Part shown: piece by piece, positions 9,228-18,515 of the stretch
How the letters are laid out: each line of letters begins with the position of its first letter
Numbering within the stretch: the first letter of the stretch is position 1
Source of the DNA: Polyangiaceae bacterium
Lineage (GTDB): Bacteria; Myxococcota_A; Polyangia; Polyangiales; Polyangiaceae
NCBI GenBank assembly: GCA_033763455.1
Contig: JANRKO010000006.1
Coordinates: 678,986 to 742,985, forward strand
Reading direction: 5' to 3'
DNA: 64,000 nt
Made by a program: the position numbers and the translations under genes
The notes under the pieces: model-generated
The model's database searches: none
Seen by the model: only the letters and a program-made list of their open reading frames with translations
Told to the model about the DNA's origin: nothing

Positions 9228-12176
9228 TCAATATTCGCGGCAGTCGACGGTGTCGGGTTGGTTGCCGAAGTGATAGGGGCGAGTTTGTTTGATCCACAAA
9301 TCGTGATTCGGGCCCACGAGCTTGAACTCCATCTCCATTGCGAAGCGACGAGCTTCGCGCTTTGGATCCAGAATGCCGCGAAAATGCGCGTCGATGGCTC
9401 CGATGAAACACGCAACTTTCTGTGCCTCGCTCAGGCTTAAAACAGCCCCAGGTGTTAGGCTGCTTCGGCCAACGTAGCGGATGGGATCGCTAGAGTAGGT
9501 GTTCAAACTGATGAGGAGTTCTTCTGTGGACACTCCTGGAGCTGGGTTGGTAACACTGGCTTCCCCTATCTGCGCGTTAATGTAGCGTTCTTCAGAGTTT
9601 GTCGGGTTGAGAACGCTCCGGCTTACAGCGACACCGTTGGCCTCCTCACTCAAGAACCCCTCATGCACCAGAATTGCCATGGCCGCTCGGCGTTCGTCGA
9701 TGCCTGCGAGTTGCCGTTCGTCGAAGGCACGATCTCGATACAAGCTTGCCCAGACAGTGCGAACCCCCACGTCGAGCGGGCGCTCCGGATCCCCCAGTGC
9801 TGCGCTTGTGGAAGTGTGGAGGCCGGCCCCACTAAAGCCAGTAAGATCTTCGGTGTTACTGCTGCTCCTCAGGCGAACTCTGGCATCTCCAAAACGAGCG
9901 TGGATGGCCGCTGCCAATTCGTTCAGCAGGGAAGCGTCGACGGGGTACTCCAGGATAGACTGGCGAACTTTGGCTAACGCTGCCCAGCGCGCGGCAGGAT
10001 CTCCCAGGATTGCGGGGCTGGCCAATAGCTCGTCCAGGAGCGCCTCCGCGCCTGAGGCCGTAAAGTGATTGAAAAAGTGACTCACGGGAATGGCAAAAGC
10101 TGACACGGGTGTGAGAAGTGGCGCACCGCAATCGGGCGCCGGCATGCCGCTGAGCTCCGCCAGCTGGGCCGCCTTTGCCCCGACATAAGGCATCGCGCCG
10201 ACCCCCAGACCTTCGAGTGGAACAACGCCTCGCGGAACGCGATCAATCACCGGCACGATTGCAGGTCGATTCGCGCGCCACTTCGCCCAATGCTCCTGTG
10301 CTTCTTCAATACTCGCCCCGGTGATCGAAAAGCCCCCCGCTCCCACTTCGAACCTCACCAGCTTTCCGAGCCATGGAGCCACTCGTGGATCGTGCCTAGC
10401 GTTGATCAACGCTAGGTTCGGAGTGCCGCGCGCCTGGCTCAGAACATTCACGTGGGCGAGAGGGGTTTGAAAAGCCTCGGTGATGAGCCCACCCACGAGC
10501 CCCACGTCATTGGGAACGTCGTCTGTGATGACGATGCGCTCGGGCCCCAGAGCTGCGTTAGCTAGCTGATCCTCGGGAACGTACACTAGTTCGCCGAAGC
10601 CTACGGCTTTGTTGAGTGCTTGGAGCCGGATACCGCGAAAGGGGGCGTTCTTGCTTACAATCGGAGCCTGACCATCGACCTCGCGCAGACGCGCTTCCTG
10701 GCTACTATCCTGTGGGTGCAGGGCCCAAAGCGTTGGCTCCCGAAGGCGAGGCAACACTTGCTGGTAGGCACTCAACATTTGAGGGCCACTTATGGCATCC
10801 CCAAAAGTGTAGTCGACCAGCTTAAGATCCGTGCTCGCAAAGGCGTCAAGTGTTCCCAGGAGGTAATCCCTACCTTCGACCTGGAAGTAGTTCTTAACGC
10901 TGAAATCATACCACCCCTGGTTAAACAGGGCGCGCTGGTCGTCCAGGCAACGGTTCAGGTGGGGCGCTCCTTCGATCGATTCTCGAATGAATGTGTAGTG
11001 TAAATCCCACGTAGCAGATCCCAGAAAGTGCACGAACCCCGGTGCCTTGAGCTCAACCACAAACTTAACGCTATCGATCCCAACGTCGCTGCCGCCGTTT
11101 GCTAACGCTTGGTAGTCCCCAGGGGTCCAAAAATTCCTCAGGCGGCCGCCTACGGGGCGACTCAAGAGTGCCTGGCATTCCGTGTTGGGTTTGCCCGGAG
11201 TGCTCAGGGCACATAGACGCAAGCTTGTTGAATCTTCGCTGCGTGCAAGTACCGCGCCCGTGGGCCACTGCATGAAATCTTGACGCCAAACTGCACGGTC
11301 TCCCGTAGTTCGGTCAAAAAGCGTCAAAACACCCTCAAATTCCGGATCCAATTCCAGCGTTGAAGTCGCCTCGGGGGGGATGGGGATCGTGAAACGTTCG
11401 CCAGAAGCCACGCTCTTTTGCCCATCCCAGATCTCGACGCCGTCAGTGATCGTTGGCCAAAGCTGGCCGGGCTTGTGAGGCGCCAGCCGCAGTGAAAAAC
11501 GCCCTTTGGGAAGCGCTTCTGTGGTTGTTGAGAGGAGCTCCACGAAGGATGCCGGGCGTAGCGCCAATTCGGTCAATTCCAGGAACTGGCTGCGCTCCGG
11601 AAATGGTTCTGGGAACTTGAAGGGAGCATAGGTAACCTCGTCGGTGATATCTGGCCGGCTTGGGGGCGAACATTTGGCGCCGTTAGTCTTAAGTGGCGAA
11701 GCGTAGCGGCAAATTTCGAACGTACCGATGATGTCCGGAAAGCGCGCCCAAACTTCGCTCTCGGCGAGCAAAGGAACAGTCACCCGCGATTCAAGCGCGC
11801 GCTTTCTATCCCTGAGGACGAGCGTTTCCCCTTTGGAGCTCACGCGAAATGGGAGGTGGAAGGGCCCCTGATCAGTGGCTTCATCTGCCCAGATCAGCAC
11901 GCGTTCTCCGGGGGCTAACTCCTGATTTGGTAAACGTGTTAACGCCTCACCCGATTGGCCGAGCTCAAAGTTGGAAAGATTGAGGGGGCCCTCGGATGCG
12001 TTCACGAGCTCGATAAAATCGTCCGTCTCGCCATGCTCATCCACCCAGGCGCCTTGGTTGTTGGAGCACACTTCGCTGATCGCGAGGTCCGTCTCGCCGG
12101 TGCCCACACTTCCGCACCCGGCGAGGCCCAGGGCGGAACACGACAGCAGCGCCGCGATCTGGAAGAACTGTGCCAT
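9228..12176 (-). CDS. Predicted lipoprotein: lamin-tail domain + phospho-His swivel domain + PEP/pyruvate-binding (PPDK_N ATP-grasp) domain
   Basis: Second Met gives MAQFF..LGLAGC lipobox; ISEVCSNN..DFIELVN (LTD); GGLITEAFQTPLAHVNVLSQARGTP (His domain); VGAKAAQLAEL, RLRSSSNTEDLTGFSGAGLH, MEMEFK..LWIKQTRP (ATP-grasp). Confidence 0.8.
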   Translation of the reverse strand: MAQFFQIAALLSCSALGLAGCGSVGTGETDLAISEVCSNNQGAWVDEHGETDDFIELVNASEGPLNLSNFELGQSGEALTRLPNQELAPGERVLIWADEATDQGPFHLPFRVSSKGETLVLRDRKRALESRVTVPLLAESEVWARFPDIIGTFEICRYASPLKTNGAKCSPPSRPDITDEVTYAPFKFPEPFPERSQFLELTELALRPASFVELLSTTTEALPKGRFSLRLAPHKPGQLWPTITDGVEIWDGQKSVASGERFTIPIPPEATSTLELDPEFEGVLTLFDRTTGDRAVWRQDFMQWPTGAVLARSEDSTSLRLCALSTPGKPNTECQALLSRPVGGRLRNFWTPGDYQALANGGSDVGIDSVKFVVELKAPGFVHFLGSATWDLHYTFIRESIEGAPHLNRCLDDQRALFNQGWYDFSVKNYFQVEGRDYLLGTLDAFASTDLKLVDYTFGDAISGPQMLSAYQQVLPRLREPTLWALHPQDSSQEARLREVDGQAPIVSKNAPFRGIRLQALNKAVGFGELVYVPEDQLANAALGPERIVITDDVPNDVGLVGGLITEAFQTPLAHVNVLSQARGTPNLALINARHDPRVAPWLGKLVRFEVGAGGFSITGASIEEAQEHWAKWRANRPAIVPVIDRVPRGVVPLEGLGVGAMPYVGAKAAQLAELSGMPAPDCGAPLLTPVSAFAIPVSHFFNHFTASGAEALLDELLASPAILGDPAARWAALAKVRQSILEYPVDASLLNELAAAIHARFGDARVRLRSSSNTEDLTGFSGAGLHTSTSAALGDPERPLDVGVRTVWASLYRDRAFDERQLAGIDERRAAMAILVHEGFLSEEANGVAVSRSVLNPTNSEERYINAQIGEASVTNPAPGVSTEELLISLNTYSSDPIRYVGRSSLTPGAVLSLSEAQKVACFIGAIDAHFRGILDPKREARRFAMEMEFKLVGPNHDLWIKQTRPYHFGNQPDTVDCREY

Positions 12177-12306
12177 GTTGTGCCGCAAGACAGACAAAGA
12201 TCCCGCAGCTTGTGCAAATTTTTCAACGGAACCCATAAGAAACTCGACTGCCTTAGCTGGAGTTTAGCAAGACGCATGCCTGGAGGAACGATTATCCTCT
12301 GCGGCC

Positions 12307-13326
12307 ATGAGTACTCCGCGATTTCGCCCGCTCGGACGCACGGGCGTTCAAGTCAGCCCGCTTACCCTCGGATGCATGATGTTTGGGGGGCGCACCAACC
12401 TCACCGATTCGTGCAAGATCATCGACCGCGCGCTCGACAGCGGTATTAACTTTCTGGATACGGCAGACGCCTATTCCAGGGGAGAAAGCGAACGCGTCAC
12501 GGGGGAGGCACTGCAGCGAAACGGCAAGCGAGGGCGAGTTGTGCTCGCCACCAAGGTCCATTTCGCCATGGCGGACGATGACCCGAATAGTGCCGGCAAC
12601 AGCCGGCGCCACATCATTGAATCGTGTGAAGCCAGCCTGGTACGGCTGAAGACTGACTATATCGATCTCTACCAAATCCATCGTCCTCAGTCTGCCATCC
12701 CCATCGATGAAACCCTGCGCGCTCTGGATGATCTGATTCGAGCTGGCAAAGTGCGGTACGTGGGAACTAGCACCTTCGCAGCTTGGCAATGTGTCGAGTC
12801 ACTTTGGGTTTCGAAGGAATACGGGCTGAATCGCTTTGTATGTGAACAGCCCCCGTATAATATTCTCGATCGTCGTATTGAACGCGAGCTCCTTCCGATG
12901 GCTCGAACATTTGGCTACGGCGTTATCCCGTGGAGCCCTCTAGCAGGAGGGCTGCTCACGGGCAAATACTCTCGTGCCAACCCACCACCGAGCGACTCTC
13001 GTTACGCGGAGGTCGAGACAAACCCCCACCTGCAGGCTCGCTACGTTGCCGAACTGTTCGACGTAGTCGACCGGCTGAGTACATTGAGCCAGCGCAAAGA
13101 GTGCACCATTTCGGCCCTCGCCCTTGCCTGGGTTATGGCTCAGCCCGGCGTTACCAGCCCCATCATCGGACCCCGAACGCTGGAGCAACTCGAAGACAAT
13201 CTCAAGGCGCTGCAAGTGCTCATCGGGCCAGACGATGAAAAGGCGATCGACGCCATTGTTCCCCCGGGTTCGATGCTCTCTCCCTTCTATCGCGCAGATT
13301 TTGGGCCGCATCCCTTTCGCGTGTGA
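12307..13326 (+). CDS. Aldo/keto reductase
   Basis: LGCMMFG, GINFLDTADAY, LATK, DYIDLYQIH, IPWSPLAGGLLTGKY, PIIGPRTLEQLEDN. Confidence 0.95.
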   Translation: MSTPRFRPLGRTGVQVSPLTLGCMMFGGRTNLTDSCKIIDRALDSGINFLDTADAYSRGESERVTGEALQRNGKRGRVVLATKVHFAMADDDPNSAGNSRRHIIESCEASLVRLKTDYIDLYQIHRPQSAIPIDETLRALDDLIRAGKVRYVGTSTFAAWQCVESLWVSKEYGLNRFVCEQPPYNILDRRIERELLPMARTFGYGVIPWSPLAGGLLTGKYSRANPPPSDSRYAEVETNPHLQARYVAELFDVVDRLSTLSQRKECTISALALAWVMAQPGVTSPIIGPRTLEQLEDNLKALQVLIGPDDEKAIDAIVPPGSMLSPFYRADFGPHPFRV

Positions 13327-13461
13327 TTCATCCTGCGCATTCAAGCTTGGGCAACGAGCCCGTGTGGATGAATGCGTTGCGAGTTGCAAGCGCTGTGAGT
13401 ACGCTGTTGGTGCATGTGCGATCGCCAAGATCGCACCGACATCTCAGCAGTTGGAGCCATC

Positions 13462-14559
13462 ATGCGTTTGGTAGCAGGAATGAGTGCGTTGCTAGTTTTG
13501 GCTGTGCCGGGCTTGGCCCAGGCGGATGTCCTCTTTCACGGGGACTTTGAAAGCGGAGATCTCTCCGGGTGGCAATCCCAGCTCAACCTCATGGGCTCCG
13601 CGGGGCCCAACATTACGGTAGTGGGTGCTCCGGTATTTGAAGGTACACACGCCGGCAAAATCGTGATCCACCCCGATGATCTTTGGCCAAATGGGCACAA
13701 TCGCGTGGAGCTTCACCAGGATGGGGCTCGCACCGGCGAGGGGCAAGACATGTTCTTCGCCTTTAGCTTTCTATTGCCCGAGCAGCCGCAGGTGCATAAC
13801 GATATTGGCTATTTTGAAACAAACTCAAGTTATCAACAAAGCATGGCGTGGTACGTGGATCCGAGTGGGAACAAAGCCACGCTAGGGTTTCGGACTAACC
13901 ACCCTCAAGGTAAGGAACAGTGGAAGGCAGAAGTTTCGATTGGCGCCTGGCACCACCTGGCTGCCAAGATCCGCTGGTCTGAAGATGCCGCCCTGGGGCG
14001 CGTGAGCCTGTGGTTTGACGGCACGGAGGTGCTCACAGAAGTTGGAGCGAAGACCAAGCCAGACGCCAATAAGCTCTTCTTTCAGCTAGGATACCATCGT
14101 AACGCCACGGCAACCCCCGTTGAGACGATCTACATCGATCGCGTACTTGAAACGACGACGCTCCCCGAGTTGTTGCCATCGGCGGCGGGCAACACCGGAG
14201 GGGCCGCGCAAACAGCCGGTGCTGGCGGTGCGGCGTCGGGTGGCACCACCTTCAAGAGCGGGGGAGTAACTTCGGCAAGCGGGGGTGCGGTGAACGGACA
14301 AGGCGGTGCCCATAGCGGGGGCGCAAATGCCGCAAGTGGCGGTGCTAAGATGGGCGGTGCGGCCTTCGGCGCTGGAGGCGTTCAGACGGGAACCTCAGGC
14401 GGCGCTGGGCCGCTTGTGACCAATACGGGATCGTCCAGCAGCGATTCGGGCTGCAGTTGTCGGACGGCACCGGCTCCCACCACACCCTTAGCCGGCTTTG
14501 GTGTGTTGGTTGCGGCGTTGGTCGGTATTCGGCGCCGCCGTGCACTCTCCTTAAACTAG
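13462..14559 (+). CDS. Secreted polysaccharide-lyase-like (jelly-roll) protein with MYXO-CTERM sorting domain
   Basis: GGAG RBS, signal peptide (..GLAQA|D), GDFESGDLSGW, NRVEL, GRVSLWFDG, FQLGYH; Gly-rich linker; C-terminal SGCSC + TM helix + RRRR. Confidence 0.8.
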   Translation: MRLVAGMSALLVLAVPGLAQADVLFHGDFESGDLSGWQSQLNLMGSAGPNITVVGAPVFEGTHAGKIVIHPDDLWPNGHNRVELHQDGARTGEGQDMFFAFSFLLPEQPQVHNDIGYFETNSSYQQSMAWYVDPSGNKATLGFRTNHPQGKEQWKAEVSIGAWHHLAAKIRWSEDAALGRVSLWFDGTEVLTEVGAKTKPDANKLFFQLGYHRNATATPVETIYIDRVLETTTLPELLPSAAGNTGGAAQTAGAGGAASGGTTFKSGGVTSASGGAVNGQGGAHSGGANAASGGAKMGGAAFGAGGVQTGTSGGAGPLVTNTGSSSSDSGCSCRTAPAPTTPLAGFGVLVAALVGIRRRRALSLN

Positions 14560-15431
14560 CGTGCAATCTGTCCGAGCTTGCCCGCCTGATAATCCCGTAT
14601 GGCCTGCTGGATCTCGTGGGGGTGGTTCATCACGAACGGTCCGTAGCGAGCCACCGGCTCGGCAAGTGGCTTGCCAGCTATCACAAGCAAGCGCGCCGCC
14701 ACGCTCGACTCTTGGGCGCAAGCGAGCCTGAGCGCACCGCCTGCACCAAAAAGCGCGCACTGGCCATCCAAAACCCTCGAGCGCTCCGCGCCGACCTCGG
14801 CCTCACCCTCAAACACAAACGCGAAACCTGTGAAGGCTTCCGGTAATTCGACATCTACCTCGGCGCCCGGCTGAAGCGTCCAATCGTGATAAGCGATCGG
14901 AGTACGTGTTTCGATCACCGCCGAAACGCCGAGCGCTGCCCCCGCAAGCACGCTGACTTTCGCCAGACCATCCGGAGACGTCGCTTTGGGGATATTTACA
15001 GCCTTTACCTCCTGGTAGCGCGGCACCATCATCTTCTCGGCGGCCGGTAGGTTCACCCAGAGCTGAAAGCCATGCATGCGGCCACCTTGTTCTTGCATCC
15101 GCCGAGATGGCATCTCGCTATGCACAATGCCTCGCCCGGCCGTCATCCACTGCACGTCCCCAGCACCGAGAACGCCACGATGCCCGGCAGAATCCTCGTG
15201 TTCGGCTTCGCCCTCCAAAACGTAAGTGACCGTTTCAAAGCCGCGATGTGGATGATCGGGTGCACCCATGGCTTGCCCGGGCGCATACGAAATGGGGCCA
15301 AGCTCGTCCAGCAAAAGAAATGGATCTACCTGCTCAACGCCGGCGACTGGGAAGGGGCGCCGCACGATGAAGCCCGCGCCTTCGCGCGTGCGCGTTGAGG
15401 AAAGAATGCGTGTGATGAGGCGGTCGGTCAT
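14556..15431 (-). CDS. Pirin family protein
   Basis: EGAGFIVRR, DPFLLLD, PDHPHRGFETVTY, GDVQWMTAGRGIVHSEMP, GFQLWVNLP, YGPFVMN. Confidence 0.95.
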   Translation of the reverse strand: MTDRLITRILSSTRTREGAGFIVRRPFPVAGVEQVDPFLLLDELGPISYAPGQAMGAPDHPHRGFETVTYVLEGEAEHEDSAGHRGVLGAGDVQWMTAGRGIVHSEMPSRRMQEQGGRMHGFQLWVNLPAAEKMMVPRYQEVKAVNIPKATSPDGLAKVSVLAGAALGVSAVIETRTPIAYHDWTLQPGAEVDVELPEAFTGFAFVFEGEAEVGAERSRVLDGQCALFGAGGALRLACAQESSVAARLLVIAGKPLAEPVARYGPFVMNHPHEIQQAIRDYQAGKLGQIAR

Positions 15432-15529
15432 GCTGAGCAACGGGGGCTGAGTAGAGGGGGGGGGGAGCGGAAGTACTCTGGAGAGGTGGATCCTTAAGGC
15501 GCGAGCGGTGGTTCCGGGAGTGGCAGCCT

Positions 15530-16546
15530 TCAGGCTCCCAGTACCAGATTCCAAATTCGGCGATAATTACCCCAATCCGCGTGAAGCTCCGTCCCGTTGG
15601 AAACGATCGCCCCGGCCACGTTTTCTAAAGGATCTACAAGCAGCATGCAGCCGCTGAACCCCGGGTGACCAACGGCGGCTTCCGAGCAGAGGTCGCCAAA
15701 ACACCGATGCATGTTGGTTGGCCCCTTACGCCAGAACCCTGGAGTTCTCTGAAATTTGCCGCCGGTGACTTCGCGGAGCATGAGTGCAACGCTCGCCTTG
15801 GAGAGTACCTGTTGCGTGTTGGCAAAGCCTCCGCCAAGGAGCATTTTACCGAACAGAACCAGATCTACCGCAGTTGAGAACAGGCCACTGTCACCCGTGG
15901 GAGGGGCGGACCGCAGTTCTTCCAGGTGGCGTTGCTCAGCGCCGTTGAACGGCAACACGAACTCGTGGGGGCGCAGTGTGTCCACCTGGTAGGTGGTGTG
16001 GTGCATCCCGAGCGGCTCAAACAACGCAGAGCGAGCGAAGCTTTCCAGGCTGGACCCTGTGATGCGTTGCAACAGGTCCATCAGGATCGAGTAGCCTTGT
16101 GAGAAGTAGGTGCCGGTGGTTCCGATTGGACACTTGAGTTCAGAAATGCCGTAAATCTGGCCGAAGTAGCGGGGTAGATCCGTATTGTCCCGGGGCCACG
16201 AAATGCTAGGTACCTCGGCGAATTCAGCCGTGTGCGTGAGGAGGTTGAGCAGTGTTACCTGGGGGAGGGGATATTCTGGAATATAGCGAGCCACCGAATC
16301 GTCCAAGGAGAGCTCGCCCATCTCCGCAAGTTTCACGATGAGGCTACCCGTAATGGGTTTTGTCACCGAGCCGACGTTGAAGCGTGTCGTCGGAAGGATG
16401 GGACTACCGGTCCCCTTGGGGCCCGAGTGCCCTCCCAAGAAATCGACGATAACCTGATCACCGCGCGTGGCACGCACGGAGAGTGATGGCGAGACTCCGC
16501 TGTCGAGGAACTTTTGGAACTGGGTTTGGATTGGCACGCGGGGCAC
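15530..16546 (-). CDS. Serine hydrolase, beta-lactamase class C/esterase family
   Basis: F.VGSVTK (SxxK), LLTHTA, LFEPLGM..T, GHPGFSG; no signal peptide. Confidence 0.9.
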   Translation of the reverse strand: MPRVPIQTQFQKFLDSGVSPSLSVRATRGDQVIVDFLGGHSGPKGTGSPILPTTRFNVGSVTKPITGSLIVKLAEMGELSLDDSVARYIPEYPLPQVTLLNLLTHTAEFAEVPSISWPRDNTDLPRYFGQIYGISELKCPIGTTGTYFSQGYSILMDLLQRITGSSLESFARSALFEPLGMHHTTYQVDTLRPHEFVLPFNGAEQRHLEELRSAPPTGDSGLFSTAVDLVLFGKMLLGGGFANTQQVLSKASVALMLREVTGGKFQRTPGFWRKGPTNMHRCFGDLCSEAAVGHPGFSGCMLLVDPLENVAGAIVSNGTELHADWGNYRRIWNLVLGA

Positions 16547-16630
16547 GCACCCAGCCTACCCGCGAGGGTGCCCAAACTCTACTCCACCAAGCGAAGGAAC
16601 CTTACGACGGCGGCGCGCTCAGCTAACGAG

Positions 16631-16668
16631 TGGCTTCGGTGCGGGATGCCGGGCTAGCACCGAAGCCA
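16631..16668. terminator. Hairpin downstream of hemB (possible terminator or RNA stabiliser)
   Basis: Perfect 12-bp inverted repeat TGGCTTCGGTGC / GCACCGAAGCCA with 14-nt loop; T-run only on the + strand side. Confidence 0.4.
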
Positions 16669-16737
16669 ATAGCTTTTTCGCGTTGACCGGTTGGCTCAAT
16701 GGGTGTGCGGTGCGGATACAAAAAATTCGATGCGTAT

Positions 16738-17709
16738 CTAGCGTTGCAGCAAACGCGCAGCCTCGACGGCGCCGTACGTAAAGATGATGTCTGCACCAGC
16801 TCTGCGTAAGCACAAAAGACTTTCCAGCAGGGCCCGGTCGTAATCAAGCCAGCCATTTTGTGCGGCGGCCTTCAGCATCGCGTATTCACCGCTCACGTGA
16901 TACGCAGCAACGGGAAGCGGAGTATTTTCGCGCACGGCGCGGATCACGTCGAGGTACGGCAACCCAGGTTTTACCATCAGCCAATCCGCACCTTCAGCTT
17001 CATCGAGGCGCACTTCGCGCAGCGCCTCCCGCACGTTGGCGGGGTCCATTTGGTACGTCTTCTTGTCGCCACTGCGTGGGGCTGATTCGAGGGCATCCCG
17101 AAAGGGTCCGTAAAAGACGGAAGCGTACTTCACGGCGTAGCTGCAAATGCCGACGTCTAAGAACCCCGCCTCATCGAGTGCTTCGCGGATCGCCAACACA
17201 CGGCCGTCCATCATGTCTGAAGGGGCCACCATATCAGCGCCCGCTTCGGCTTGCGCCACCGCCATCGCGGCTAACAGAGGCACCGTGGCTTCGTTATCGA
17301 TCTTGTCGTCGACCAGCACACCATCGTGTCCATCGGACGAATACGGATCGAGCGCAACATCGGTGATAACCAGGAGCTCCGGCAAGGCGGACTTCAGGGC
17401 GCGCACCGTGCGTTGCAGAAGGCCCTGCTCATTCAAGGCTTCGGTACCGCGCGGATCCTTCTTTCCATCTTCGATCGCGGGGAAGAGGGCAACGGCCGGT
17501 ACTCCCAGGGAAAAGGCTTCGCGCGCCTTGCTGACGAGCTTCTCAATGCCAAAACGCGATTGCCCAGGCATGGAGCGAATGGGCGTTTCCGTGTTCTCGC
17601 CCTCTTGCACGAACATGGGCCAAACCAGGCTTCCGGGCGTGAGGGTTGTTTCTCTTACGAGGCCACGGATGGCTGCGGTTCTACGGTTGCGGCGGGGGCG
17701 CTCCAGCAT
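16738..17709 (-). CDS. hemB: Porphobilinogen synthase (ALA dehydratase), Asp-rich non-zinc type
   Basis: RPRRNRR, TDVALDPYSSDGHDG, APSDMMDGRV, FYGPFRDA, YQMDP, LMVKPG, AYHVSGEY. Confidence 0.97.
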   Translation of the reverse strand: MLERPRRNRRTAAIRGLVRETTLTPGSLVWPMFVQEGENTETPIRSMPGQSRFGIEKLVSKAREAFSLGVPAVALFPAIEDGKKDPRGTEALNEQGLLQRTVRALKSALPELLVITDVALDPYSSDGHDGVLVDDKIDNEATVPLLAAMAVAQAEAGADMVAPSDMMDGRVLAIREALDEAGFLDVGICSYAVKYASVFYGPFRDALESAPRSGDKKTYQMDPANVREALREVRLDEAEGADWLMVKPGLPYLDVIRAVRENTPLPVAAYHVSGEYAMLKAAAQNGWLDYDRALLESLLCLRRAGADIIFTYGAVEAARLLQR

Positions 17710-17718
17710 CGGTGAACC

Positions 17719-18306
17719 TTACTGCTCCTTTTGGGCTGGTTCCAGTAGTCCGAGGAATTCCAGAAAACGCTTGGCAAGCTCTGGCCGTTTTCCAGCGCGG
17801 CGGCGGGCGCGTTGGAGGCGATTCCAGGCTTCCACGCGCTCGTAGTAGGCCTCGTTCATGGCTTCGTAGTGGTCTTGGGTGGACACGATTTGCGCTGGAT
17901 TGTTCTTGCCGTCGAGCTCGTATTCGCACTCAATCACGTCGATGATTTTGAGGCTGCGCAGCTTCTTGTCTTTGCCGTAAGTTGGGTCAAATGGAAAAGC
18001 GCGGCACCCGAGTGGGCGGTGTTCGTAGATGGAGCAGCGATCGTCTTCGCCCAAGAAGTAGCACCCTCCGCGGCCTTGTCGCATCACCAGCGCTCGCTTG
18101 CCTTGTCGGAAGCTTGCGAAGGCCTCGGGCTCGTCGTCCATGTCGATGTGGTAACGATCGGTGTAGCGCACGAAGTTGAGCGGGCTTTCCCCCGTTCCGT
18201 CTACGATGCGGCGAATGTCGTCGTCCGTAAGCGGCAGCACGGGGTCTTTGCAGCAGTTGCCGCAGCCGGTACAGCGGAAGTTGAGGTTCTTGATGGGCGC
18301 GGCCAC
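17719..18306 (-). CDS. YkgJ-family (CxxCxxCC) cysteine cluster protein
   Basis: FRCTGCGNCC...GCYFL...CSIYEHRPLGCRAFPF. Confidence 0.92.
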   Translation of the reverse strand: MAAPIKNLNFRCTGCGNCCKDPVLPLTDDDIRRIVDGTGESPLNFVRYTDRYHIDMDDEPEAFASFRQGKRALVMRQGRGGCYFLGEDDRCSIYEHRPLGCRAFPFDPTYGKDKKLRSLKIIDVIECEYELDGKNNPAQIVSTQDHYEAMNEAYYERVEAWNRLQRARRRAGKRPELAKRFLEFLGLLEPAQKEQ

Positions 18307-18515
18307 GCTCGGTCCCTTAACAAATCAGAGGTGGTGGAGCGAGCCTCGTGTCGGAAAGGCAGTGTGCCCCTAGTCGGACGACAGAGTTTGAGCGCCGACT
18401 AGCCGCCACGCGGCCGTTTGAACCAAGCCGCAGGCTCGCTCGCTTCGAGGCCCGCAGCACAGGAAAGGCAACCCTGGACCCGGAGTTTCCCCATGATTCT
18501 TACTATGAAATCACG

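Noticed and set aside
15530..16546. Beta-lactamase-family gene (and the VanW gene at 29004-30548) as antibiotic resistance determinants
   Set aside because: The hydrolase lacks a signal peptide and looks like a generic esterase; VanW-domain proteins are widespread and no van operon is present
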